DNA of 64,000 nt from an uncultured Aliarcobacter sp. GTDB lineage: Bacteria; Campylobacterota; Campylobacteria; Campylobacterales; Arcobacteraceae. Position 1 is the stretch's first letter, and each line of letters begins with the position of its first letter. The position numbers and the translations under genes are program-made. Below are positions 1 through 10,033 of this stretch, one piece after another. Under the pieces are notes generated by a model. The model worked only from the letters and a program-made list of their open reading frames with translations. It did not search any database and had not been told where the DNA came from. The stretch covers positions 864,001 through 928,000 of the forward strand of contig CAXXLV010000001.1 in NCBI GenBank assembly GCA_963664305.2, read 5' to 3'.

Positions 1-399
1 AATGCTATTTCATTTGGTGGTGGAGTTGTATCTGCTGCAACAAATACTAGTGATATGCAAATTTCTTTAGTAGCACCAGCTGCAGTTGGTACTGTAAAAA
101 GAGTACCTGGAATATTTGTAGATTTTTCTAAAGGTGGTTTATCTTCAAATGCTGCATTTTTAGAATCACAAATAGCAAGTGATTTAGCTGCTGTAGCTTA
201 CATAGATAGAACAGCAACAAGTGCTACAGCAAAAAGTGGAGTAATTAGTTCAACAGGTTCATCTATTGAACAACGAACACCTGCTATTGGTACTGTAGAT
301 GCTGATGGGAAGCCTGTTGATCCTACAGCTGCTCAATTAGGTGATGGAATGTTCATTCTTTATTTTAAAGATTTTGGTTCAGACGAAGTAGTTCAATAA
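1..399 (+). CDS. 5'-truncated Ala/Gly/Ser/Thr-rich protein, probable major pilin of the downstream type IV filament operon (C-terminal part only)
   Basis: Frame 1 is open from base 1 (NAISFGGGVVSAATNTSDMQ...), so ATG 55 is internal. Codons favour GCT/GGT/ACT as in the housekeeping genes here. Followed by a strong hairpin and then pilus assembly genes. The diagnostic prepilin N-terminus lies outside the window. Confidence 0.5.
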   Translation, partial: NAISFGGGVVSAATNTSDMQISLVAPAAVGTVKRVPGIFVDFSKGGLSSNAAFLESQIASDLAAVAYIDRTATSATAKSGVISSTGSSIEQRTPAIGTVDADGKPVDPTAAQLGDGMFILYFKDFGSDEVVQ

Positions 400-430
400 T
401 ATTTAGGCTTTTGCCTAAATATTATATTTT
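396..430 (+). terminator. Hairpin terminator/attenuator after the putative pilin gene
   Basis: Perfect 13-bp stem ATAATATTTAGGC-TTTT-GCCTAAATATTAT (396-425) followed by ATTTT. Confidence 0.75.
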
Positions 431-501
431 AAAAAACAAAACCTAAGTGCTAAGTATTAGCATTTACTTTTTGTTTTACTCTTAAAAAAGGTTTTTTTCT
501 A

Positions 502-1236
502 ATGTTGGGAAATATATGGCTATCATCGGCACTTATTGTTACAGCTATATTTTCTGCAGGTGCTATGTATAAATCTTATAGTGATATTCAAGAAGCAAAA
601 CAAATCCAAGAACATTATGAAATAATCTCTGAAATCAAAACTTTATTAGCCAAGCAATACAATAAAAATCCAGATGAAATAACACGTGATGATATTATTG
701 CCAATTTACCAAAAGGTGAAAACTGGGGAAAAGTTCTTCTTCTTGATAGAAATAAAGATAGCAATCTTTCTAATAAAGAGTTAGTAAATGAAACTGGAAA
801 TTTTGAGATAAGTGAAGATGAAAAGTTAAAATTACTTGCACTAAAAGCAAAACTAAAAGATGTTATTGATGTAACTTCAATTGAACCAGTTGATAAAAAA
901 TATACTTTTGAAGTTGGGAAAGTTGAGAAAAATAGAGTATTAAATGATATTGATATTGAAGAAAATTTAACAAAAGCAATACATTTTTTGGCAGATGAAA
1001 TCTTATATAATACAAGTTCAAATAAAGAAACTACATTGAATGCAATTTTAGATGAGTTTACCCCTTATGATAAGCTTTATTTTGATTTTTTAAATAATGG
1101 CGAAACTTCGATTAGCGAACAAACGTTAAAAGATAGGAAAAAAGCTTATTTTAAATCAAGAATAAAAGATAGACTTTATAAAAATGAGAATGCACTTGAA
1201 ACAAGACTTTATAAAGAGTTGAAAGATATATTATGA
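502..1236 (+). CDS. Membrane-anchored protein, possible minor pilin-like subunit
   Basis: N-terminal MLG-NIWLSSALIVTAIFSAGAM hydrophobic segment followed by an amphipathic helix; first gene after the putative pilin; no canonical Glu5. Confidence 0.4.
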   Translation: MLGNIWLSSALIVTAIFSAGAMYKSYSDIQEAKQIQEHYEIISEIKTLLAKQYNKNPDEITRDDIIANLPKGENWGKVLLLDRNKDSNLSNKELVNETGNFEISEDEKLKLLALKAKLKDVIDVTSIEPVDKKYTFEVGKVEKNRVLNDIDIEENLTKAIHFLADEILYNTSSNKETTLNAILDEFTPYDKLYFDFLNNGETSISEQTLKDRKKAYFKSRIKDRLYKNENALETRLYKELKDIL

Positions 1237-1958
1237 AGAAAATTTTATTTATTTTATTTTTATTGATTAACTCATCTTTTGCTTTAGATTTAACTAATTT
1301 TGAAGATAGACAAAGTGCTCTTCAAGATGTAAAAACAATCATCTTATATGAAGAATCAATAGCAAAAGCTTATGAAGAGTATATTTTAACAAACTACAAG
1401 TTTCCAACTCTTGCTGAAATAAAAACATTGATAGGGAATTTAACTTTAGTAAATAATGTAAATTCAAATATAGCTTTGAGTAGTACATTGACAAAAATCT
1501 CTTATGGTTTAAATAGTGATTTAAAAGCTGATACTTCAATAAAAGCTTTATATGAAAGTAATACATATAGAAAAAGAACTTATGTTAGGAATGATGAGGT
1601 AAACTTTATTTTAGAAGATGAATTTGCGAAACATTTATATGATTTAATCAAACAAAATGGTGGCGCAATTCAAGATTGTCCAACGACAGCATTTACAACA
1701 GCTGTAAATTGTAAAGAGAATAATCATATTTATATTAAATTGACAAAAAAACTTGATGGTTTAGAAGTTGTTCCAAATACATATTTGATAGCATATCATG
1801 TTGATAATTTTAAAAATGGACCGATAATTATTACAAACGATACTTCAAAACATATTACTGAAAATGCTTTCGATTCTATACCAAAAGGTGCTTTGTTATA
1901 TGACATTGACGGTGTAAAATATGTAAAAACTTTAGATGGAATAGAGATTTTAAAATGA
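1233..1958 (+). CDS. Exported protein with pilin-like N-terminal module (paralog 1)
   Basis: Sec signal MKKILFILFLLINSSFA; shared motif EESIAKAYEEYILTNYKFPT; ATGA overlap with upstream gene. Confidence 0.55.
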   Translation: MKKILFILFLLINSSFALDLTNFEDRQSALQDVKTIILYEESIAKAYEEYILTNYKFPTLAEIKTLIGNLTLVNNVNSNIALSSTLTKISYGLNSDLKADTSIKALYESNTYRKRTYVRNDEVNFILEDEFAKHLYDLIKQNGGAIQDCPTTAFTTAVNCKENNHIYIKLTKKLDGLEVVPNTYLIAYHVDNFKNGPIIITNDTSKHITENAFDSIPKGALLYDIDGVKYVKTLDGIEILK

Positions 1959-2719
1959 TTAGACAATTTATACTTTTGATTACAATTTTAATATCATCTT
2001 TTTCACAAGATACATTAACAGCTCAAAAACAAAATACTTTATATATTCAAGATTTGATTCAAATAGAAGAGAATATCGCAAAAAATTTTGAAAAATATAT
2101 TTTAACTGAATATAAAATTCCAACAATAACAGATTTAATAGATGATAACTATTTAGGAAGTAATTTTTCTGTACTAAATAGAATGGGTGAAAATATTGAT
2201 TTTAAAGATAGTTCAAAATTACAACTAAAATATGCAATTACAAAAGATGAATATAGAAAAACAAGAGATGAAAATCTAGGAATTGAAAATTTTTTAGTTC
2301 AACTTTACAATAGAGATTTATACAGAGATTATACGACAGTTTTTAGTGATGATACTGATGTAAATAATATGTACGTTGAGTTTGAGCTAAAATCCGATGA
2401 AGCAAAAAATATATTTGATTTATTAAAAAATGGAAATAGTATTGCAAAAACTTGTGTTGCATCACTAAAAAGTACTTATTGCAACAATAATGATAGAACA
2501 ATTAGATGGTATAACGCTAGTTCAAATTGGATTGAATATGATAAAAAAGATTTTAATAAAGGGAATATAACAGTTAGTAGTGAAAGTATTTTAACTTCAG
2601 AAACAACAAAACTTTCAAATTTAAAAGTTGGTAGTTATATCTATATAAAAGATAAAACAAAAAATGTAAAAATGATAGATGATTCTTCTGGAAATTTACA
2701 AATTCTAAAGGTGGATTAA
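1955..2719 (+). CDS. Exported protein with pilin-like N-terminal module (paralog 2)
   Basis: Sec signal MIRQFILLITILISSFS; motif EENIAKNFEKYILTEYKIPT; Cys pair; ATGA overlap. Confidence 0.55.
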   Translation: MIRQFILLITILISSFSQDTLTAQKQNTLYIQDLIQIEENIAKNFEKYILTEYKIPTITDLIDDNYLGSNFSVLNRMGENIDFKDSSKLQLKYAITKDEYRKTRDENLGIENFLVQLYNRDLYRDYTTVFSDDTDVNNMYVEFELKSDEAKNIFDLLKNGNSIAKTCVASLKSTYCNNNDRTIRWYNASSNWIEYDKKDFNKGNITVSSESILTSETTKLSNLKVGSYIYIKDKTKNVKMIDDSSGNLQILKVD

Positions 2720-5641
2720 ATCAAAACTCTAATTTTTATAATCATATTTTTTAATTTTGTTTTTGCGTCAAGTGAAAATATATCATTGATGAATAATGTA
2801 AAATCTCTTATTCAAAAAGAGGAATATATATCATTAGCATTAAATAAATATATTTTACAAACAGGAAAAATTCCTAAAAAAAGTGATGATACAATAGATT
2901 GGGATAAATTAGAAGTTAAAGACTATTTAGGAACAAATTTTAATAAAACAAATCCTCTTACTTCAAAAGATATTGTAATAACTTTTGATGATAAAAATAG
3001 TGCATTTATTAAAGGTGCTATCGAAAAAGAGACAGATTATAATGAAGAGTATAATTATCTATATAATTTTTATACGAATAAAGTATTTAGAGTAAATACA
3101 ATTCCTCCAAAAAATATTTCTAAAACAGAGTTGGTAAAAGGTTCCCTTGTTTTATATAACTCTTTACAAAAAGAGATAGTTTCTGTTTTAACAAAAGGAG
3201 ATAATTCTATATTTTTACCTTCTCAAAGTTGTAATTCAGGACAATATTTTTATGAACTAAAAAATGAAAAATTAATCTACAAATATTGTAAAACAGCAAG
3301 CAATTCTATAGAAGTTTATCAAAAGGCACCAGTTTATTTAGATAATTTAGATGATTTAGCATATATAAAAGTGGGAATAGGTGAAAAAGCTTATGTAAAA
3401 GATGGAAATTCTTGGTATGAGTATTATTATGAAGGAAATAATACATGGATACCATCAGGAACAGGAAGAACAACAGGGCAAGTAAATGATGAAATAAGTA
3501 TAGGAGATAGAATTTTATCTTATATTCCTGATGCAAAAGATTTGCTTTTAAGACGTGATGGTGGCTGTATGTTAGCAAATGGTGATATTTTTTGTTGGGG
3601 AAATAATCAATATAAAAAAGCAGGAATACAAAGTTATGGGCAATTAGATAAAACTTTATCTCCTGATTATGTTAATACACCTGTAATGTTAAAAGTTCAA
3701 ATAGAAGATATTAATACAGGAACAGAAACATTAGATTTAATAAATAAAAAATGGTACAACAATCCATATAGAATAAAATTTGAAAAAATGGCAATGAATA
3801 GTAGTAATGTTTGTGCTATTTCACCTTTATTTAATTATTTTGATAAAGTTCAAAAAAAGTTTGGTGGAGATTTATATTGTAATGGACAAATTTCACAAAT
3901 GTATTTTGAAAATATTAGTTCAACTGTAAGTGAAACTTCTATTTTAAGTAAAAATAAATTTTTTGGATGGGGAAAAAGTGATCAGACTGATGATAGTCCT
4001 AAAACTATCAAAATATCTGATGATGGAGGACCAGTTATAGAAGATGGTTCAGGTAATGAATTAATGATTACAAGAGATGAAATCTATTTAACAGATATTG
4101 TAATGGTTGAAGATACAATTGCTGTTTTATCTGATGAAGGAAAAATTTATACAATAGGAAGAAACTATAAAGGTGGATTAGGTATAGGAAGTAGTGATAA
4201 ATTTATTGTTCAGTTAACTCCAGAAGAAGTAAAAAGTAATGGAGCAATATTTAAAAAAATATTTGCATTAAGAGATACTGCGATGTTTGGTGCAATAGAT
4301 AGTAATAACTATTTTTATATTTGGGGTGAAAGACCTAATGGTACAGTTTATTATGAGCCAACACTTGTTAGTAGTTCTTTAAAATTTAATCCAGATGGAA
4401 TTTTTACAAATAGTAAAGATTTTCTTTTAAAGGGAGTTGATAATAACTTTTATAGAACAGTTGGAAATAAAGAACTAAGTCTTGTAAGTGAAATTCCAAG
4501 TAGTGCAGTTAGTGCATCAATCTATGATAATAATTCTCAAGAATTATATGTATATGTAAATGATAGTATGCAGTTATTTGGAAGTAGTGATTTTTTAACT
4601 TGTAAAACAACTACAGCAACAAACTGTACAACAACAGATAATAAAATTTTTACAACTGCTTTGGATGAGTTAAATACTTTTTCAAATAATTTTAATGGAA
4701 AAGATTATGCAAATTTTTCAAATATTTCAATTTATCAATTAGACACTGTTAAATATGAAATTTTTGAAGATTTTGAAGATGGAAAATCAACAGGATGGGA
4801 TGGAAGTTCAGTAAATAAAAGTTCTGGAAAAATTAGGGTAACTTCTGTAAGTGATGATGGTACAGATGAAATACCTGTAACAAAATTTTTAGGTAGTTTT
4901 AATATTGAAGAGGTTGAATATGGAAGTCAACCTCCAATAAATTATACAAATAAACCTTCTTATATAGAAAAAACATTCTCTATAGGGACAAGTTATGCAA
5001 ACAATGAAGTTGAATTGGAATTTGACTTTTATGAGATTGATACTTGGGATTTTGAAAGATTTACTGTAACTTTAAATGATGTAGTTTTTGTTGAAGATGA
5101 TTTTATACATGATAACCATCCTTATCTTTCTGATATAAATGATACTGGAGAATCATTACAAAAAGTTGGTTCTTCAGGAAGTTACAATAACGATAATGAT
5201 GAAAAATATCATTATAAAATAAAAACAAAATTAGATTCTTCTGGAAAATTAAAAGTTAGATTTAGTACAAGAGGTTTAAAAAGTACGGATTATGGTTATA
5301 ATGGTTGGTCTTTCGCTCAATCAAGAGGTGATGAATCATGGGGAATAGATAATGTACATGTGAAAGTAAAAGAGACAAGTAAAACTTTTGTATGTGCAAT
5401 GACAGGAATAGGTAGCCAGTCTCAAATGTATTGTTGGGGAAATGTTGGACGAAGTATACCAATTTTAAGCACATCTTTATATGATGTAAGTAAAATAAAT
5501 ACTATAAATAAGTTATTTATTTCTCAAGAAAGTGATAAGACTTCTCAAATGGCTTTTGATAATTTTAATAACAATGGGAATTTATTTCTAAAATATCCAA
5601 CTTATATCGGGGGATTCGATTATGCATTTTATTTTAAATAA
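2720..5641 (+). CDS. Large exported adhesin-like protein: pilin-like module, RCC1-like beta-propeller, inserted lectin-like domain (paralog 3); probable ATC start at 2720
   Basis: Repeats GDIFCWGNN, GDLYCNG, GKIYTIGRNYKGGLGIG, YFYIWGE, QMYCWGN; motif EEYISLALNKYILQTGKIP; an in-frame signal peptide is encoded at 2720-2767, upstream of the ORF-track start 2786. Confidence 0.65.
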   Translation: MKTLIFIIIFFNFVFASSENISLMNNVKSLIQKEEYISLALNKYILQTGKIPKKSDDTIDWDKLEVKDYLGTNFNKTNPLTSKDIVITFDDKNSAFIKGAIEKETDYNEEYNYLYNFYTNKVFRVNTIPPKNISKTELVKGSLVLYNSLQKEIVSVLTKGDNSIFLPSQSCNSGQYFYELKNEKLIYKYCKTASNSIEVYQKAPVYLDNLDDLAYIKVGIGEKAYVKDGNSWYEYYYEGNNTWIPSGTGRTTGQVNDEISIGDRILSYIPDAKDLLLRRDGGCMLANGDIFCWGNNQYKKAGIQSYGQLDKTLSPDYVNTPVMLKVQIEDINTGTETLDLINKKWYNNPYRIKFEKMAMNSSNVCAISPLFNYFDKVQKKFGGDLYCNGQISQMYFENISSTVSETSILSKNKFFGWGKSDQTDDSPKTIKISDDGGPVIEDGSGNELMITRDEIYLTDIVMVEDTIAVLSDEGKIYTIGRNYKGGLGIGSSDKFIVQLTPEEVKSNGAIFKKIFALRDTAMFGAIDSNNYFYIWGERPNGTVYYEPTLVSSSLKFNPDGIFTNSKDFLLKGVDNNFYRTVGNKELSLVSEIPSSAVSASIYDNNSQELYVYVNDSMQLFGSSDFLTCKTTTATNCTTTDNKIFTTALDELNTFSNNFNGKDYANFSNISIYQLDTVKYEIFEDFEDGKSTGWDGSSVNKSSGKIRVTSVSDDGTDEIPVTKFLGSFNIEEVEYGSQPPINYTNKPSYIEKTFSIGTSYANNEVELEFDFYEIDTWDFERFTVTLNDVVFVEDDFIHDNHPYLSDINDTGESLQKVGSSGSYNNDNDEKYHYKIKTKLDSSGKLKVRFSTRGLKSTDYGYNGWSFAQSRGDESWGIDNVHVKVKETSKTFVCAMTGIGSQSQMYCWGNVGRSIPILSTSLYDVSKINTINKLFISQESDKTSQMAFDNFNNNGNLFLKYPTYIGGFDYAFYFK

Positions 5642-5649
5642 GGAATTAT

Positions 5650-7311
5650 ATGTTGAAAGATTTTAAAAATTTATGGTTTTTAGGAACGCTTTTTTTACTA
5701 CTAGGTGGTTGTAGCTCAAAAGATTATCATGAAGAGATGCTTGAGAATACAAAATCTTCTTTAGATAAAGAAAATTACAATGCGATAAAAAAATCATATT
5801 CCGATTCCTTAGTTGATGAAAAAGTAAAAGATAAAGAGTTCATAAGTATTTTAGAAGATAAATCTTTAAGTGATATTTTAAAAGAGATGGAGATTTTAGA
5901 TGGTAATTTTTACTATTTAAAAAGTAGTGATGTTTTAATACCAAAAAGTAGAATTAAAATACATAATATTACAGAGTTAAATCAGTATTTAAATGCTGTT
6001 TTAGATAAAGAATTATTTATTAAGAAAAATGGTTCAATTTATCTTGTAAAACTTTTAAGTACTAGTGAAACAAAAAAACAATCAATAGAACATATTCCTT
6101 TTAAATTAGATGGTCAAATATCAGTTGAAGAGTTAATCAAACTAATTACAACAGAATCAGGCTATGAAGTAAATATTGGAAATTATATAGATAATAAAGA
6201 TGATTTCCAAAATAGTATTATTAGTATTAGTTCAAAAGATTTAAAAGATGCATTAAATTCTTTAGGTCATGCAAAAGATGTATATGTTGACATAGATTAT
6301 GATAAAGAAGTTATAAATATAACAAGATATAAAGATACAGTTATAGAATTAAATATTCCTTTATTAGATATCAAATCTACAAGTCAAACAACTAATCAAG
6401 AATCAACTGGAGAGAGCAAAGTAGAAAACAATTCTCAAATTGTTTTATATGATGAACTTGACAAAATGTTAAAAAATATAATCTCAACAGATAAAATTTC
6501 AACTTATCATATAGATAAAGCTAGTGGATTGATATTTCTAAAATCAACAAAATCAATAGAAAATGCAGTAAGAACTGTAGCAAAAGCTTATGAATCAACA
6601 TTCTCAAAAGAAGCAGTTATTGAGTTTGAAAGAATTGAAATACTTTTAAATAAAAATAGACAATATGGAATTGGAAGTATTTCAGATGATAGACAAACAA
6701 ATGCAGGAACAGGAGTTATAAGAGGAATTGGAGCTGATGGAGCACTTAATTTTACAAGTGATAATGTAACTAGACTTTTAAAAGTTGCAGCAACTGCAAA
6801 CAATGAAATTGGAAAAATATTAAACTACAGTAAAAATATGATTGTTCTAAAAAACAATATTCCAACTGTTCAATCAATCACTGAAAATACAGATTATGTT
6901 GAAAAAATTGAAACTACAATTGATGCAGATACAAATACAAGAACTTCTGATGTTACAGTAAATACTTTGAAAGAAGGAACTTCAATAACAGCAATGGCAA
7001 AAATATCAAGAGATAAAATTTTCTTGAATATCTTACCATCAATTAAAAAATTAATTGAGTTTGGAGAAGTAAGTATTGATGGAACAACTATTAAATTACC
7101 TCAGTACAATGACCAAAGTTATAACATTTCTAGAGAAGTAAGCTTAGGTGAAACTGCAATAGTTGGTTCAATTATTGTTCATGATGATACAAAAAATTAT
7201 CAAGGAGTTTTACCGGTGGAAGGATTTGCAATTGGTGGAACAGATTCAAAATCTTATGTAAGAAGAGAGATTGTTTACGTAGTTACTCTTAGAAATATTA
7301 AAGGCTTTTAA
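5650..7311 (+). CDS. Lipoprotein secretin (BfpB/PilN/TcpC/MshL-like outer membrane channel)
   Basis: Lipobox LLLGG-C at residue 21; 553 aa; C-terminal secretin-like region (LKNNIPTVQSITENTDYVEK, EGTSITAMAKI, IKLPQ, VSLGETAIVGS, RREIVYVVT); AGGA RBS. Confidence 0.8.
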   Translation: MLKDFKNLWFLGTLFLLLGGCSSKDYHEEMLENTKSSLDKENYNAIKKSYSDSLVDEKVKDKEFISILEDKSLSDILKEMEILDGNFYYLKSSDVLIPKSRIKIHNITELNQYLNAVLDKELFIKKNGSIYLVKLLSTSETKKQSIEHIPFKLDGQISVEELIKLITTESGYEVNIGNYIDNKDDFQNSIISISSKDLKDALNSLGHAKDVYVDIDYDKEVINITRYKDTVIELNIPLLDIKSTSQTTNQESTGESKVENNSQIVLYDELDKMLKNIISTDKISTYHIDKASGLIFLKSTKSIENAVRTVAKAYESTFSKEAVIEFERIEILLNKNRQYGIGSISDDRQTNAGTGVIRGIGADGALNFTSDNVTRLLKVAATANNEIGKILNYSKNMIVLKNNIPTVQSITENTDYVEKIETTIDADTNTRTSDVTVNTLKEGTSITAMAKISRDKIFLNILPSIKKLIEFGEVSIDGTTIKLPQYNDQSYNISREVSLGETAIVGSIIVHDDTKNYQGVLPVEGFAIGGTDSKSYVRREIVYVVTLRNIKGF

Positions 7312-7313
7312 TA

Positions 7314-8330
7314 ATGAGTATGTTTGCTGATCCATATGAACAATTTTTGCTTGATTATCTTGTTACAAAATTAGAAAATGGTTCTAATACAAGAAGAGCA
7401 TTATTGTTATATAGTGAACAAATTACAAGAGAAACAAATTTCAAAAAAAGATTAATGGCTGCCATTAAAGATATGGAAATAGGAAAACATAAACTTGAAG
7501 CTATTTTACATAAACATAAATTTTTGAATAGTTTTCAATTTAGTTTGGTTGTAAATAGTACAAATACCTTAGATGGATTAAAGCTTGTTTTATCTTTTAA
7601 AAAAGCAAATTCAAATCTGATGTTAAAGATGATAAATCCTATTTTTGTTCCTTTATCTATTATCATTGGTACTTTTTATGGTTTGATTTTATATCTTGAT
7701 ATGTTACAAAAAGATTTAGTTCAATTAAGAAAGTTAAATCCTGATGTGGAACAATTTTTAGGAATACCAAAATATTTTACTTATGATGTGGCTTACATAG
7801 GATTAGGAGTTTCTATATTTGTTACGGCATTTATATTTTTTGGATATTTGTATACTGAAAAGTATAAACCAGCATGGTTATATAAAGTATTTAAAACTCA
7901 AGCGTTTTCTGATGGAAGATTTATGTTTAGGATTTTAAATGGTATGTTAAGTGCTGGTATCTCTTTTCATAAAACTTCATTGATTTTATCAAAAGATTAT
8001 TTTAAAGAGGGGCTTCGACCATTTTTTAAAGAGTTGGCAGAGATGATAAATAAAAATAGAAAACTATTTATTATGTTTGAAAAATACAATTTTCCTGCAA
8101 TCATAACAGCCGATATAAAATTGTCAGAGTTAAGTAAAACAAGTTTTTCAGAAGTTACAAAAGCTTTATATCAAACATGTGACACAATGTATGAAAAAAA
8201 CATAAATTATATGGTTTTACAATGGAAGTTTATGTTTTGGATGATTGCAATGTTGGTTACTGTAATAATAGGTTCAGATGTTATTAACTTGGTAATTAGT
8301 ACTTTTACATTTAAAACTTTATATCAATAG
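7314..8330 (+). CDS. Type IV filament inner-membrane platform protein (PilC/GspF family)
   Basis: Three hydrophobic segments and two GspF-like cytoplasmic repeats (LVTKLENG; LNGMLSAGISF); lies between secretin and ATPase. Confidence 0.7.
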   Translation: MSMFADPYEQFLLDYLVTKLENGSNTRRALLLYSEQITRETNFKKRLMAAIKDMEIGKHKLEAILHKHKFLNSFQFSLVVNSTNTLDGLKLVLSFKKANSNLMLKMINPIFVPLSIIIGTFYGLILYLDMLQKDLVQLRKLNPDVEQFLGIPKYFTYDVAYIGLGVSIFVTAFIFFGYLYTEKYKPAWLYKVFKTQAFSDGRFMFRILNGMLSAGISFHKTSLILSKDYFKEGLRPFFKELAEMINKNRKLFIMFEKYNFPAIITADIKLSELSKTSFSEVTKALYQTCDTMYEKNINYMVLQWKFMFWMIAMLVTVIIGSDVINLVISTFTFKTLYQ

Positions 8331-8341
8331 AAGATGAAATT

Positions 8342-10033
8342 ATGATAAAGAAAATAGTAACAACTTTAAAGAATACTCCTAAATTTCCTTTTATGAAAAG
8401 TGAAAAAAAGAAGAAATCTCAGAAAAAAGTGAAAAAAGCAGAGTTTGATTTTAAAGATTTTTTTGAAAAACAAAAGAAGTCAATTTATGATTTTATAGGT
8501 AAAAGTGACGACCCAGATACTCATTTATCAAATATAATCGAAGATATGATTAAAGAGAAATTCCATTTAAAAGGTGGATATGGAGATTTAATCGCAAATG
8601 AAGAAAAATATGAACAATTTGTAAGAACTTTAGGTTATGAATATTATGCAACTTACAATGAATTATCAAAATATTATCAAGATACTTCATTTCAACTTGA
8701 TGAAAAAAAACTTGAATTTTGTACAACAATGTATATTATTACATTAGAAGATAAAAAGAATAAAAATAAAGTTTTAGGTATTAGAGATGTTGTAAATCTT
8801 GATTTTGAAATTTTAAGTAAATTCTATTTTACAAAAATAGTAGTTTTAGGTGAGGGCGTTTTATCTTCAGTTTTTGGGGAAGATAGAGAGATTATTTTTA
8901 GTTCAAATAGTGATACAGAAAATGATGAAGAGATAAATAAATATTTTGACAAAATGATGGGACAAGCTATTTTACTTGGAGCATCTGATATCCATATTCA
9001 AAAAACAAGTAGATATGCTTCTTTATGGTTTAGAATTGATGGTATAAAAGTTGATATGGGAACAATGCCAATTACTATTGCAAAAACATTAAAAAGAAGA
9101 CTTGTAACTATGGCTGACCAAGAGGATTCAGATTATGAATCAATTAATGGGGTTATAAATTATGAATATGGAAAGAAAAATATTAAATTCAGACTTGGTC
9201 TTATAAATTCAAAATTAAACTTTTCATTAGTTATGAGGATGATTGGTGGACGTGGAGTTGTTTCTCATAATTTAAGAGGGTTAAACTATCCACAAGAAAC
9301 AGTTGATATCCTTTCAAATTTAACAAAATATGCAAATGGAATGATATTAATTACCGGACAAGTTGGAAGTGGTAAAACACACTTGATGTATGCTTTATTA
9401 CAACAACTTGCAAAACAACAACAATATGTAATTACAATTGAAGATCCAGTTGAATATGTGGATGAATCTTTCTTCCAAATTGATTTATCTGAGTTTGCAA
9501 GTGCAAGTGAGGAGTTTAAGTATGGTTACCCAGAAGCCGTTGTTGATATCCTAAGACAAGATTCAAATATCATCTTAATTGGGGAAACAAGAGAACCACA
9601 AACGGCATCACAACTTGTAAATGCATCTAACTTAGGTCAGTTAGTTTTCTCAACAATGCACACAAACTCAGCCCCAGCAACTGTTTCAAGGATGACAAGT
9701 TCTCTTGGAATAAATGAAGGGGATATTATCGATAACTTAAGAGGTATTGTATCTCAAAGATTAGTTCGAAAATTATGTAAATTTTGTAAAGAACCTGATG
9801 GAGAAGGTGGATATAAAAAAGTTGGTTGTGATGAATGTAACCATACAGGGTTTAAAGATAGGGTACCAATCGCTGAGGTTGTAAGATTTAAACTTGGACA
9901 TGGTGGTGATTTTGAAAATCCAGCAGAATATATGACGGTTGAAAAAGCTTCAATGGCACAATACAAAGAAGGGTTAATAACAAAAGAAGATGCAATTGCA
10001 ATTATCAGAGGGGAAGAAGTATGGTACGATTAG
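8342..10033 (+). CDS. Type IV filament assembly ATPase (PilB/GspE family)
   Basis: GASDIHI, RIDG, Walker A GQVGSGKT, Asp box TIEDPVEY, Walker B LRQDSNIILIGETR, His box STMHTN, SQRLVRKLC with CxxC...CxxC zinc motif. Confidence 0.93.
   Translation: MIKKIVTTLKNTPKFPFMKSEKKKKSQKKVKKAEFDFKDFFEKQKKSIYDFIGKSDDPDTHLSNIIEDMIKEKFHLKGGYGDLIANEEKYEQFVRTLGYEYYATYNELSKYYQDTSFQLDEKKLEFCTTMYIITLEDKKNKNKVLGIRDVVNLDFEILSKFYFTKIVVLGEGVLSSVFGEDREIIFSSNSDTENDEEINKYFDKMMGQAILLGASDIHIQKTSRYASLWFRIDGIKVDMGTMPITIAKTLKRRLVTMADQEDSDYESINGVINYEYGKKNIKFRLGLINSKLNFSLVMRMIGGRGVVSHNLRGLNYPQETVDILSNLTKYANGMILITGQVGSGKTHLMYALLQQLAKQQQYVITIEDPVEYVDESFFQIDLSEFASASEEFKYGYPEAVVDILRQDSNIILIGETREPQTASQLVNASNLGQLVFSTMHTNSAPATVSRMTSSLGINEGDIIDNLRGIVSQRLVRKLCKFCKEPDGEGGYKKVGCDECNHTGFKDRVPIAEVVRFKLGHGGDFENPAEYMTVEKASMAQYKEGLITKEDAIAIIRGEEVWYD

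Noticed and set aside
1..399. Conductive e-pilin or flagellin identity for the first ORF
   Set aside because: Too long and aromatic-poor for an e-pilin; lacks the conserved flagellin C-terminal helix
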